Source: a virus. Taken from it: DNA of 64,000 nucleotides. The notes below the pieces were generated by a model. The model was given only the letters and a program-made list of their open reading frames with translations, searched no databases and was not told where the DNA came from. Position numbers and translations under genes: made by a program. Below are positions 52,795-62,329 of this stretch, piece by piece. Location: the IMG/VR virus record IMGVR_UViG_3300005676_000004. The stretch is one strand, 5' to 3'. Position 1 is the first letter of the stretch, and each line of letters begins with the position of its first letter.

Positions 52795-53334
52795 ATGAAA
52801 ACTAAGAACACAGTGTGGTTTGGGTTGCCACTTGAAACGATAAAATCCATAAACGATCATGAGTCAATTCTTTCAATGACGATTGGTGACTCCGAATCAA
52901 TACTCTTCGTAGATGCAGATCAATCTAAGATCAACATCATGTCCGACGTAACGTCTCGGTATCAGCCCCCGTACAAGAAAGCGTATGACGTCAAATACAG
53001 TTTTCAAGCGAATGCTATGCAAGACGTTGCGCATGACTTACCAACCGACGTTAACACCATCGTAATTGATAGCATCTTCGACACACCCGCGTACGAAGTT
53101 AATCATCAATATAGTTTCTTATTTGAAACGATTGATCATTTTGTCTCAATGGAAAACATACGAGACATCACGATACTCCTAACGCCGCATTCATCAACCC
53201 CATGGATTAACGTCTGCTATGTCTTCACGTACTTGTACGGAATCTACTCAGACCCCGAAAAAGTTACTAAACCAATGCAACTAAATTTTTCAATTGAAGC
53301 AAATAGGCTTCTCATAAACATCTCTAAAACGTAA
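52795..53334 (+). CDS. hypothetical protein
   Basis: 179 aa ORF. Confidence 0.65.
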   Translation: MKTKNTVWFGLPLETIKSINDHESILSMTIGDSESILFVDADQSKINIMSDVTSRYQPPYKKAYDVKYSFQANAMQDVAHDLPTDVNTIVIDSIFDTPAYEVNHQYSFLFETIDHFVSMENIRDITILLTPHSSTPWINVCYVFTYLYGIYSDPEKVTKPMQLNFSIEANRLLINISKT

Positions 53335-53345
53335 GGAGTCATACC

Positions 53346-53747
53346 ATGGTATTTGGCCTTTTCATTGGCAGCGCAGTCACAGGAATTATTATGTGGCTAT
53401 ACTACAGAACCATTGTAAATAAAGTTGAAGATCAACAGATCACTATTCGAGAGTTACAGGAACAATGTTCTCGTTGCTCATCTATTCAAGAAAGCGTAGA
53501 CCGTTTTGAACGTGGTAACACTACATCAATGCCAGACATGGTATTAGGTGATTCTACACTAACGAATGCAAACACTATTGCATCCCAGGTGAATGTGACC
53601 AATAAGCCAAAGTCAACGCGATCAAAGAAATCAAATCCCCAGCAAGAGTCTGCTACTCAATCATCGCGTTCCAAATCTAGGAATCGGCAACGTGCTGCCA
53701 ACAAGCGTAAGAAAGCAGAAGCTCAAAAGTCGCTATTAAACGGGTAA
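53346..53747 (+). CDS. membrane-anchored protein with coiled coil and basic tail
   Basis: N-terminal TM; GGAG RBS. Confidence 0.65.
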   Translation: MVFGLFIGSAVTGIIMWLYYRTIVNKVEDQQITIRELQEQCSRCSSIQESVDRFERGNTTSMPDMVLGDSTLTNANTIASQVNVTNKPKSTRSKKSNPQQESATQSSRSKSRNRQRAANKRKKAEAQKSLLNG

Positions 53748-53760
53748 GGGGGATATCGCT

Positions 53761-54492
53761 ATGATGCTACGCGTTAACTACGACAATTACTTCACTCGTC
53801 ATGGTTTTGTTGACACCGAAACTGGTAATAAACTATGGGAGTTTGATGTCATTACTCCATCGTGGAAGATAACTCCATGGGAACCTTTTGATGAATATGT
53901 AAATCCATTTGATAACCAACGTTGGTTTCCTCGTCCTGGAGATGTAACATATCCTCAACCATCAACTACACCGCATGACGAATTTGACAAGCTCAAACGG
54001 ATGTTTAATGAAATGAAATCACCACCACCGACGCTCAAAGGAGATACTATGGTTTATACTACAAAAAGTTTAATAATAACAACAGACATTCCACATACGC
54101 ATAGGCATCTACTCGTTGTTAAAGAATGTGATGTATTGTCCGTGGGAAATTGTACCACACGCACAGAGGTTAGATTTTTGTTTGCCATGCCTGGGTGTAC
54201 TAAGGAATCAATTTCGGTTCATGCTCATCGTGATGGTGTTGGTAGCATACGAATAGTAATTGCTTCTGGCGTCAACACGATTGATATGTTCACAGACATT
54301 GATATGTTTACCGACGCGTTTCTAACCAACGTGAATATATCCGTTAACTTCAACCCGAGTGTAACGGCTAGTAAACGATTTGAGTTTGATCTAGATAAAG
54401 CACAGGGAAATTACGAGAACGGAATCGTAAGTGTCATAATCCCCACAAAATCTCTAGATAATGACAACAACTACAAGAAAATAGAGCTATGA
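53761..54492 (+). CDS. Hsp20/alpha-crystallin-like small heat-shock protein with N-terminal extension
   Basis: FAMPGCTKESISV..FEFDLDKAQGNYENGIVSVIIP. Confidence 0.7.
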   Translation: MMLRVNYDNYFTRHGFVDTETGNKLWEFDVITPSWKITPWEPFDEYVNPFDNQRWFPRPGDVTYPQPSTTPHDEFDKLKRMFNEMKSPPPTLKGDTMVYTTKSLIITTDIPHTHRHLLVVKECDVLSVGNCTTRTEVRFLFAMPGCTKESISVHAHRDGVGSIRIVIASGVNTIDMFTDIDMFTDAFLTNVNISVNFNPSVTASKRFEFDLDKAQGNYENGIVSVIIPTKSLDNDNNYKKIEL

Positions 54493-54526
54493 AATAGCAT
54501 TTATTGAATTTTGTACTATTTTTATG

Positions 54527-54566
54527 ATGGCAAAGAACTGTATTCTACACGTGCGTTCTTTGCCAT
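54527..54566 (+). terminator. hairpin terminator
   Basis: ATGGCAAAGAAC / GTTCTTTGCCAT 12-bp stem followed by a T-rich tract. Confidence 0.65.
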
Positions 54567-54645
54567 TGTCTTTTTGGTGAACTGTGGTAAGTTACCATGA
54601 GGTGACGATATTTATGTTCAAACGAACTCATGGCAGAAATCCACA

Positions 54646-55971
54646 ATGATCTCAAAAATTTTTAGCTTACGGAACATCCTTTGGTTCTGTGCAATAGGAC
54701 TTGCAACGTTTTCCGGCTACTATTCGGTGTATGGAATATCACAACTTTTTGCTAGTAGTACGACGTATTCAATCGTCGGCATGGCGATTATGCTTGAGTG
54801 CTCAAAGCTAGCTATAGTTGCATTCCTACATAAAAACTTCAAACAGCTATCGCGAACTCTAAAGGGCTATCTACTTACCGCAGCATGTGTCCTGATGGTA
54901 ATAACCTCAATGGGAGTGTACGGATACCTAACGTCAGCTTATTCTGAAACTTCAAAGCGAATAGCAGATGCACAAGGCCAACTAACGCTGATAGACACAA
55001 AGATCGCACTATTTACATCACAACGAACTGCGATTGAAAACGACATTAAATCAACCAACGAACGCATATCTTCGTACGACAACATGAGATTAACTCAGGA
55101 GAACACGTTTAACCAACTGAGTTCATCTCGTCGTTCAACCCGATCACTTGACCGCCGGAATCAATCGCTGAGTGGTCAAATCGATGCATTGACACAAAAC
55201 GTGTCAGCACTCAACGCGAAGACTTTAGCAATTACCGATTCTATAGCGGCATTGGAAGTCCAAAAGCTCAACATAGCTTCGGAATCATTTACCGCCGAGT
55301 TAGGACCTCTGATGTACGTGAGTAGAATAACGGGTCTTGATATGGACGTTATTGCAAACTTATTTATACTTCTACTCGTCAGTGTAATTGATCCGTTGGC
55401 AGTCAGTCTAATAATCGCAGTAAATGTTTTAAATCGTAAGCGTGAAAAGACACACGAGACCATTTCTGAAATATCCAACGATTTTGTAGGTGGTAAAGAA
55501 CCACATTCTAGCAGCACCTCAGACACTGAATCTGATATACACACGCCCCTAGCTGATGATCGTCACCATGAGAAAGAAAACTCTGAGGTTGGTGAGGTTA
55601 ATGAACAAATTTCTAATACTAATTTGGAAAAGTCAAATTTTTTTCGTAACATGTATTTAGAGGGCAGTTTGCAGGACATAGGTTCAACTGAAACAGTACA
55701 TGAATTAAATGATGTAAATGATGTAAATGATGATACTATAGATACTGATACTGATACTAATACTAATACTAATAATACTAAAGCTATAGAAGAAGATAAT
55801 AGTTTTATAGATACTGAAAGTACTAAAGAAGATGAAGATAATAATAGTAGTAGTAGTATAGTAGATAATACAGTAAACAATGTAAATGAAATTACTGATA
55901 GTAACATTTTAGATCAAAATGTGTTTTATGATGAGAAGAAGCGGGTAAATCGATCTTCAACTGGTTTATAG
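54646..55971 (+). CDS. multi-TM coiled-coil phage membrane protein with low-complexity acidic tail
   Basis: Three N-terminal TMs, long coiled coil, LGPL.Y..TM, D/N/T repeats; TATTTAT at 54609. Confidence 0.75.
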   Translation: MISKIFSLRNILWFCAIGLATFSGYYSVYGISQLFASSTTYSIVGMAIMLECSKLAIVAFLHKNFKQLSRTLKGYLLTAACVLMVITSMGVYGYLTSAYSETSKRIADAQGQLTLIDTKIALFTSQRTAIENDIKSTNERISSYDNMRLTQENTFNQLSSSRRSTRSLDRRNQSLSGQIDALTQNVSALNAKTLAITDSIAALEVQKLNIASESFTAELGPLMYVSRITGLDMDVIANLFILLLVSVIDPLAVSLIIAVNVLNRKREKTHETISEISNDFVGGKEPHSSSTSDTESDIHTPLADDRHHEKENSEVGEVNEQISNTNLEKSNFFRNMYLEGSLQDIGSTETVHELNDVNDVNDDTIDTDTDTNTNTNNTKAIEEDNSFIDTESTKEDEDNNSSSSIVDNTVNNVNEITDSNILDQNVFYDEKKRVNRSSTGL

Positions 55972-55983
55972 ACTTTTTAAGTT

Positions 55984-56472
55984 ATGAAAATAGTATCGTG
56001 TAAGAATAACAAATCTGATAGTAAGTACTTCAAAGGTAAGGTATGTCACGAAGAAATCCTTGTTGAAGATTCAGTGGTTAGTGCTTTATGTTGGAAGTGT
56101 TCTGCACAATTAGTTCCAGTAGAAGAAAAGAAGCCGTTGCATCCTGACTATCCTAGAGGTTGGGCTTTACTCAAACAGTTTGTTGATGCGGAAGGAAATG
56201 TATATCACAAGGGAGTTCTTCAGAAAGACTTGTTTGGTAAATTTCCACCCACTGATCTTCAGAAGAAGACTTCCACTAAGAAGAAATCTTCTCAGAAAAA
56301 AGATACGCTAGATGATAAAATTCTTGAAGAATATAGTATGAGGTTACAGATGGCAAAGAAGCGGGAACAAGAGAAGAAAGAGAAGCGTAAGCAGAGTTCT
56401 CAGAGACCACGGGTTGCTAAAATAATTCCTAGAGTAGTAGATAAATTATCAGTATATGAGGTAAGTGTATGA
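55984..56472 (+). CDS. conserved phage protein with Zn-ribbon-like N-terminus
   Basis: C..C..CWKC; PRGW..K.FVD.EGNVYHKG. Confidence 0.7.
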   Translation: MKIVSCKNNKSDSKYFKGKVCHEEILVEDSVVSALCWKCSAQLVPVEEKKPLHPDYPRGWALLKQFVDAEGNVYHKGVLQKDLFGKFPPTDLQKKTSTKKKSSQKKDTLDDKILEEYSMRLQMAKKREQEKKEKRKQSSQRPRVAKIIPRVVDKLSVYEVSV

Positions 56473-57119
56473 ATGGAGACAATCTGTACGGTGACCCGAT
56501 CTTTGGAAATGAGAAACATCAGCATCAACATGTAGCATCAACCCTCGTCTCTGACGAGCTAGACGATAAGTGGAAGAAGACTATAACTCAGCTTGATATG
56601 ATGTTTGATGTTGACTCTAGCACTATATTCTTAGTCGGTGAAATTGTTGAAGGTACTATGTATGACGTTATTGCGAAGGTAAGAGCTATACTAAAACTCA
56701 GAAGCGAAGCGTCAAAAGATTCCCCGATAAATTTAGTTATAAACTCAGTTGGAGGAGACGTCTACGAGGTTTTAGGATTGATTGACTACATCAACAGTAT
56801 GACTGTGAAAGTTAACACCATCTGCCGTGGGAAAGCATTCTCTGCGGCAGCTTTGTTATTGGCATGTGGTACTGGTAAACGTTATGTTTCCAAAAATAGT
56901 AGCATCATGGTTCACGAAATTTCAACCGAAGTCTTTGGTAAGTCTTCAGACATCAAAGTTCAGAACAAGCATCTTGCAACGCTTGATGCCGCTATGCTAG
57001 ACTTGCTTACTTCCCACTCAACACAAGATAAAGAGTTCTGGCGTACCGCTACTGAGAAAGATTTCTATATGACGGTTGATACTGCGTTAGAGTACGGAAT
57101 TGTTGATGAGGTATTATGA
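56469..57119 (+). CDS. clpP: ATP-dependent Clp protease proteolytic subunit
   Basis: INSVGGDV, AFSAA (Ser), MVHE (His), KDFYMT..ALEYGIVDEV (Asp). Confidence 0.92.
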   Translation: MNGDNLYGDPIFGNEKHQHQHVASTLVSDELDDKWKKTITQLDMMFDVDSSTIFLVGEIVEGTMYDVIAKVRAILKLRSEASKDSPINLVINSVGGDVYEVLGLIDYINSMTVKVNTICRGKAFSAAALLLACGTGKRYVSKNSSIMVHEISTEVFGKSSDIKVQNKHLATLDAAMLDLLTSHSTQDKEFWRTATEKDFYMTVDTALEYGIVDEVL

Positions 57120-57457
57120 TATTTTTCTATATTTTTATAGCTATTCTAGTTCTCGTATTACTGTTCTTTATTTATAACTTATATGGTAATGTACTCACCC
57201 TTCAAGAGGTTCTTGAAGATCAAGAGTCGGAACTTCAGAGATACTTTCAATTTTTAGAAAGTCTGCAAAATCAGATGGCAATTGATATTGCAGAGCTAGA
57301 GGAAATTGATCGCATTGGAGCATTTGAATCTGATGACGAAGTTGGTCACTTCTTTAGTGCGCTGCGTAGAAGTCATCTTACGATTAAAGACATGCTAGAT
57401 GAGGCAATGCTTCCGGAGAGTGAGTTCATTGAGGAGGTAGCCAATGATCAAGACTAA
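57116..57457 (+). CDS. membrane-anchored coiled-coil protein
   Basis: N-terminal TM; GAFESDDEVG. Confidence 0.7.
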   Translation: MIFFYIFIAILVLVLLFFIYNLYGNVLTLQEVLEDQESELQRYFQFLESLQNQMAIDIAELEEIDRIGAFESDDEVGHFFSALRRSHLTIKDMLDEAMLPESEFIEEVANDQD

Positions 57458-58235
57458 ACCGTCTGGTAGTAACTTCTACTTCACGAAGGAGACGGAGGAG
57501 GCTATCATAGCGTACAATAACTCCACCGATAATGTCGAACGAAACATAATCTATTCTAGGAAAATTCATCCAGCGTTACACAAACTTGCTGAGATTATGG
57601 TTCATCGGTTTAAGTTTGAATACCTAGACATGTCATACGACGACGCCAAGCACGAAGTGATTGCGTTCCTTTTTGAACGACTTCATAAATTTGATGATAC
57701 TAAAGGTTTCAAGGCATTCTCGTTTTTCTCTATCGTCGCTAAGAATTTCTTGATGGCGGAGAACAACAAAAACTATGCAACTAGGAAGCGTCGAGAATCT
57801 GTTGATGCTATTGATAGTAGTAGAAATGTTGTCAATGAGGAACTACGTAGGGACTTCATAGAAACTCAAATGGATTTCATTGAAATGTTTGTGGAAGTAT
57901 TAGACGAGCACATGTCGGTATTATTCCAGAAACAGATCGATCAACAGATTGTGGAGTCAATACTATACTTGTTCCGAAAACGAGAATCTATTGAAAATTT
58001 CAATAAAAAGGCTTTGTACATAATTATTAAAGAGAGAACCAACGCAAAACCTCAGCAGATCACGAGTGTTATAAAGCAAGTGAAGACGTTATATTCAAGA
58101 TTATTAGCACTTTATGAGTGTGGAATTGACTTAACAAGCCTAGACTGGTATGAGGTGAAGCGTATATTTGATGGTACTGACGGTAATGTCTTTGGTGAAG
58201 CTGGAGACTTTAACGAAGAAACTGATTATGAATGA
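57444..58235 (+). CDS. phage sigma factor, T4 gp55-like N-terminal domain with C-terminal extension
   Basis: YF..E.EEAI..Y, LAE..RFKF.Y, LHKFD..K.F.FFS..AKN align by eye to gp55/sigma region 2. Confidence 0.75.
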   Translation: MIKTKPSGSNFYFTKETEEAIIAYNNSTDNVERNIIYSRKIHPALHKLAEIMVHRFKFEYLDMSYDDAKHEVIAFLFERLHKFDDTKGFKAFSFFSIVAKNFLMAENNKNYATRKRRESVDAIDSSRNVVNEELRRDFIETQMDFIEMFVEVLDEHMSVLFQKQIDQQIVESILYLFRKRESIENFNKKALYIIIKERTNAKPQQITSVIKQVKTLYSRLLALYECGIDLTSLDWYEVKRIFDGTDGNVFGEAGDFNEETDYE

Positions 58236-58255
58236 TACGTATATGAGGATAAGAA

Positions 58256-58699
58256 ATGGCTGGATTTGAGACCACTGTATTTGATCGTAAAAAGTTTGGG
58301 GATATTCTCAAGGAGATACATGCTAATCAGAAGCGTAGAAATACTCAACTTTTATCGTTCATCACCGATGTTCAACCACTTATAACTGATCTAGCGACAG
58401 CACAAGTTATACTTCCATACATTAGAGATTACATGGAAATTGTTGTCAGAAATGACGAACAACTTGTTAAGATGGCGGCCATAGCCCAGAGAATGATTTC
58501 CGCAAGTGCCGGAGCGGACGTTGGAAGTATGTTCTTGACGGAGGAAGAACGGCAAGAGATTGCAAAGCAGTTACAAGCTGCTGAGAATGAGTTGAACGAT
58601 TCAATGAACACCAAGACGGATGTAGAGGATATTTCGGAAACATTAAAGAATATTAAAGATGGACAATCTGAAGATCACAGCGAACGGACAGAGTTATGA
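58256..58699 (+). CDS. conserved helical phage protein
   Basis: F.D.LKEI..P.I.DYMEI.VRNDEQLVKMAAI.QR. Confidence 0.7.
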   Translation: MAGFETTVFDRKKFGDILKEIHANQKRRNTQLLSFITDVQPLITDLATAQVILPYIRDYMEIVVRNDEQLVKMAAIAQRMISASAGADVGSMFLTEEERQEIAKQLQAAENELNDSMNTKTDVEDISETLKNIKDGQSEDHSERTEL

Positions 58700-59990
58700 G
58701 TTTATGCCAGCGGAAGTTGTTTCCGTTGACTATGATTCGCGTGATGCAGACAACTTATACACGATATTATGTAAGTTTCTAAACTCATCCTCAGCAAAAT
58801 CTCCCAACGATCTTATCCGAGCACGTGCTTTGAACTCAAACATCAAGCACATTCCAGTGTCGGGTGAGATCGTTTTTGTTTGTAAAGCTCCGACACCATA
58901 CCACTCAGGTGCAAGTTTTGGTAGAGAATACTACTACACTAGCCCAATTTCAATACAATCCTCGGTGCATCACAATGGTTTGCCAGGTGCAAACAAAGTA
59001 AGTATTGACGGTAAGACGAAGGAACAGAGGATTAGCAACGCTACAACTGGTATACCTCAAAAACTTTCTGATAGTAAAATAGTTAAGGATCAAATTGATC
59101 CAGGGTTTCCAGAGAGAATTGACGTCCACCCATTACAGCCGTTTCCTGGAGACATCATATTTGAAGGTCGCTGGGGACAATCAATTCGGTTTGGCTCAAG
59201 CCCAGACACTAGACGACGATTCCCACAGCCTCCTAACTGGGGAATTGGCACTGGTGCAACTGGTAACCCAGTTATGATTCTATCTAATGGTACTAACCCT
59301 CGAAACAAAAAATACAATCAATTTCACATTGAATCTCCCGATGATGACGACTCATCAATATGGTTGACGTCGGGGCAGTCGGTATCATTTACACCAGCCG
59401 CATCATATAGACCATCTGTCATTGATAAAGAAGTTGATCTCTACAAGAAAAACTCGTTCGGTGGGAATCAAGTCATATTAGCGTCAGATAGAATCATATT
59501 TAACGCGAAGGCGCAAGAGATAGTTGGATTTGCAAAGCAAGGTATAGGGTTTGCCACTGATGGATCGTTGGTGTTAAATGGCCGCCGCGTAGTTGAGATT
59601 GAAAGCGAAAGAATATCACTAGGATTTAATGCAACATCCCCAGTGATATTAGGTGACAGGATGATACAGTTACTATCTGATTTTCTTAATACGATGATTG
59701 ACTTGAATAAGTCCCTGCTTCAGTTAACAGTTCCTACTGGCGTAGGGCCGTCTGGGATACCACTTAATAGCGGAGACTTTGTTGGGATTATCAACGAATT
59801 ACAGAAACTTATAAATCAGTTGCCAAGGACAGCTAGTAAGTTTGCATTCGTAAATGAGTATGCAAACGGTCCATCTGATGCAGATAGGGAGAACTTTAAA
59901 CAGCTCAAGGATAATCGTTTCGTGGTTAAGCCACAAGGCAAGCAGCGTGGTGATACTAATCGTGGTGTATCTTTTGAGAGTCTTGGATAA
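58659..59990 (+). CDS. baseplate hub/spike-like protein (gp5-like OB plus beta repeats)
   Basis: IP..GEIV, GDIIFEGRWGQSIRFG, SSIWLTS, repeated short beta strands; upstream of gp25/gp6-like genes. Confidence 0.55.
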   Translation: MDNLKITANGQSYEFMPAEVVSVDYDSRDADNLYTILCKFLNSSSAKSPNDLIRARALNSNIKHIPVSGEIVFVCKAPTPYHSGASFGREYYYTSPISIQSSVHHNGLPGANKVSIDGKTKEQRISNATTGIPQKLSDSKIVKDQIDPGFPERIDVHPLQPFPGDIIFEGRWGQSIRFGSSPDTRRRFPQPPNWGIGTGATGNPVMILSNGTNPRNKKYNQFHIESPDDDDSSIWLTSGQSVSFTPAASYRPSVIDKEVDLYKKNSFGGNQVILASDRIIFNAKAQEIVGFAKQGIGFATDGSLVLNGRRVVEIESERISLGFNATSPVILGDRMIQLLSDFLNTMIDLNKSLLQLTVPTGVGPSGIPLNSGDFVGIINELQKLINQLPRTASKFAFVNEYANGPSDADRENFKQLKDNRFVVKPQGKQRGDTNRGVSFESLG

Positions 59991-62329
59991 TGGCTGATAA
60001 CGAAAAATATAAGTTAGCGTTACTTGATCTTGCTAAAGCATTGAACGGTAGGTTGACGGCAGTTATTTCAACCCAAGCTAGAAATGCGGTGTCGGAAGTT
60101 GTTGCAGTAACAAACGTCTCTGCAAACGACAAAGTGTTAGATCGTCTTAACAATCCAACACCACAAGAGCGGACAAGACGACATGCTGAGTTTCAAAAGT
60201 TCATTGCACAGCAATACAAGATAGATTCTGAACTACCAGAGAAGCAACAGGCTTCAAGAACACTTATCTACGAAGTTAGTCCTCTAGTATCTGTCACTGG
60301 AACAAAGGCCACGGTTGTATTGGGAGTAAAGGTTAACGTCTACGTTAAAAGCTCGTTGGTAGCTACTGTCGCAAACGATACCACGTTTGCAAATTACGTC
60401 GGTGAAGTTCGTAATTTTGTTGAGCTAAAAAAATTCTTATCTGGGGTGCTAGCTGGGCCATGTAAGGAAAAATTTGATGTGTACTTGGCCGACGCCAACA
60501 AGACATTAAAGAGTCTAGGCGAAGATAAAGTGGAGAGAGGTATAGTTACTATACTTGATAGTATTAACATTCCGAACGATGATAATGGTATTCTTTTTTC
60601 ACAAGTCAGTAGTACCTCTAACGCTCAAAATAACACCGCTCCACCACCAACTACACCCCAAACTGGTGGTTCGCAGCGGCAAGGACAGGGTAATCAATCC
60701 ACGTCAACTGGTAATAGTGAAGATTCTCAGCCACCATCCGCACAAAACCAATCACGTCAGCCTTTTTTACGGATTGAATCCGTTGATGAATTATTGACTA
60801 GAGATGAGTTAGAAAAGCAGTTTATTTCTGTTAGGTTAGATTCGGAGGATACCGAAGAACTTCTCACTAGAGATTCTTCAACTACAAACATCACGGTTAC
60901 GCCTAGTGGCGATGAAGATACTTCTGAGAAAGATTTACAGAATGTCACTAATGAACCGGAACAGAAGCCAAAGGACGTTCCTGCTAGCAAAAGTGTAAAG
61001 ACTACACTTGAAACACAAACCGAAGCTCAACAGCAAGCCGAGCAGTCTGATGCATTGTTGAAGGAGAAGCCAAAATCAAAGAGTCAATCTTCTCCGGTTG
61101 GAGTAAGTGTTGCTGTTAGAGAAGAAGGCGGTATGCAAAACGCAAAGGAGGCTATAAAAGATTCTGATAAGCCCGAAGAGAAACCACCGATACCTCCGAA
61201 AGCAAAGTACTTTTTAGAATGGGCTAAGAAAGATGGGTATGACCCTAATGGTATAATCTATCGTGGTGTTAATCCGAGAGATTATAGACGAGGCACAACG
61301 CCTCCTGTGACATATGGGTTAGTTGAAACACGATACAAGAGTTTGTTTGATTATGGTGCTAACTTGAGTTCTGTGTTTAGCGGTTATTCCATTAAGTCCC
61401 CAGTTGATGTTGGGTTGTTGCTTAACTCTGGTGCAGTTGGTCTGTTCAACAAGAACATACCGTATCTATTTGGGGAGGGTTCTGAGACGCACTTAGTAAT
61501 AACTCGCGCAAATTCCGTTATACGCAAATCTGAAGGTGGTATAGGCAACTTTAGTGCAGGGCGCGAGTTCAACGATGCGAATTGGGCAGCTAATCCACAT
61601 TGGTGTGGTTTGTTTGTAAATTTTGTGTTAGAACGTAATGGGCAATATTCATCCGATGGTGACTTCATTGACATTACCGCGACGGGGGTAGCTGACAAAT
61701 TATACTCAAAGTCCCCTTTCAATGCTATACCAAAGAAACTTACTAAACAGGAACGAACTAATTTGCTTACTAGGTTAGATGAATTGAATGCAGACACAAC
61801 TGGTGAAACTGATACTGAGAAGCAGGAAATTCGTAAGAAGTTGGATGGAGAGGAAACGGTTAAACTCGCAAACACTGTTGCTTTGTTTGAGAAAGGATTT
61901 CACTGGAATGATGGTGGACTAACTCCAGCAGGAGTAAAACTCTTGGGTCTAATAAAGGATTGGCCTGGAGCTATCGTGGTACGTCGTCATAAGGGGAAAA
62001 CGAGCGGTCACACCGAGCTTTTACTTCACATGTCGTCCTCGGGTGCTATTTATACTATAGGTGGTAACACTGGATTAGCAGATTCAGACGGCAACGGTTC
62101 TGAGTACGGATTTAAGAAGTACGCATCTATATCAGAATTTTGCTCAAAGGGTACATATTCAAAATTTTACGTGATTAAGCGTGGTACAAAGGCACCGTAT
62201 ACAAACGGTATAGGTGTTAGCGTCAAGAAGACTGAAACTTACAACAGATATGTTTCGGAACTTGACAAGAAGAATCCTGAACTGAATACTTCCACATTTA
62301 ACATTTTGCGAACTATAATGGAGACTTGA
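59990..62329 (+). CDS. large tail-associated protein with C-terminal CHAP-like amidase domain
   Basis: WCGLFVNFV (Cys), GHTELL (His), TIGGNT; low-complexity Q/S/T linker. Confidence 0.65.
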   Translation: MADNEKYKLALLDLAKALNGRLTAVISTQARNAVSEVVAVTNVSANDKVLDRLNNPTPQERTRRHAEFQKFIAQQYKIDSELPEKQQASRTLIYEVSPLVSVTGTKATVVLGVKVNVYVKSSLVATVANDTTFANYVGEVRNFVELKKFLSGVLAGPCKEKFDVYLADANKTLKSLGEDKVERGIVTILDSINIPNDDNGILFSQVSSTSNAQNNTAPPPTTPQTGGSQRQGQGNQSTSTGNSEDSQPPSAQNQSRQPFLRIESVDELLTRDELEKQFISVRLDSEDTEELLTRDSSTTNITVTPSGDEDTSEKDLQNVTNEPEQKPKDVPASKSVKTTLETQTEAQQQAEQSDALLKEKPKSKSQSSPVGVSVAVREEGGMQNAKEAIKDSDKPEEKPPIPPKAKYFLEWAKKDGYDPNGIIYRGVNPRDYRRGTTPPVTYGLVETRYKSLFDYGANLSSVFSGYSIKSPVDVGLLLNSGAVGLFNKNIPYLFGEGSETHLVITRANSVIRKSEGGIGNFSAGREFNDANWAANPHWCGLFVNFVLERNGQYSSDGDFIDITATGVADKLYSKSPFNAIPKKLTKQERTNLLTRLDELNADTTGETDTEKQEIRKKLDGEETVKLANTVALFEKGFHWNDGGLTPAGVKLLGLIKDWPGAIVVRRHKGKTSGHTELLLHMSSSGAIYTIGGNTGLADSDGNGSEYGFKKYASISEFCSKGTYSKFYVIKRGTKAPYTNGIGVSVKKTETYNRYVSELDKKNPELNTSTFNILRTIMET

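Noticed and set aside
55176-55907. Antisense ORFs (55176-55544, 55563-55907) and similar shadow ORFs in the track
   Set aside because: They lie opposite longer, better-supported genes, lack an RBS, and reflect low stop frequency on the antisense strand
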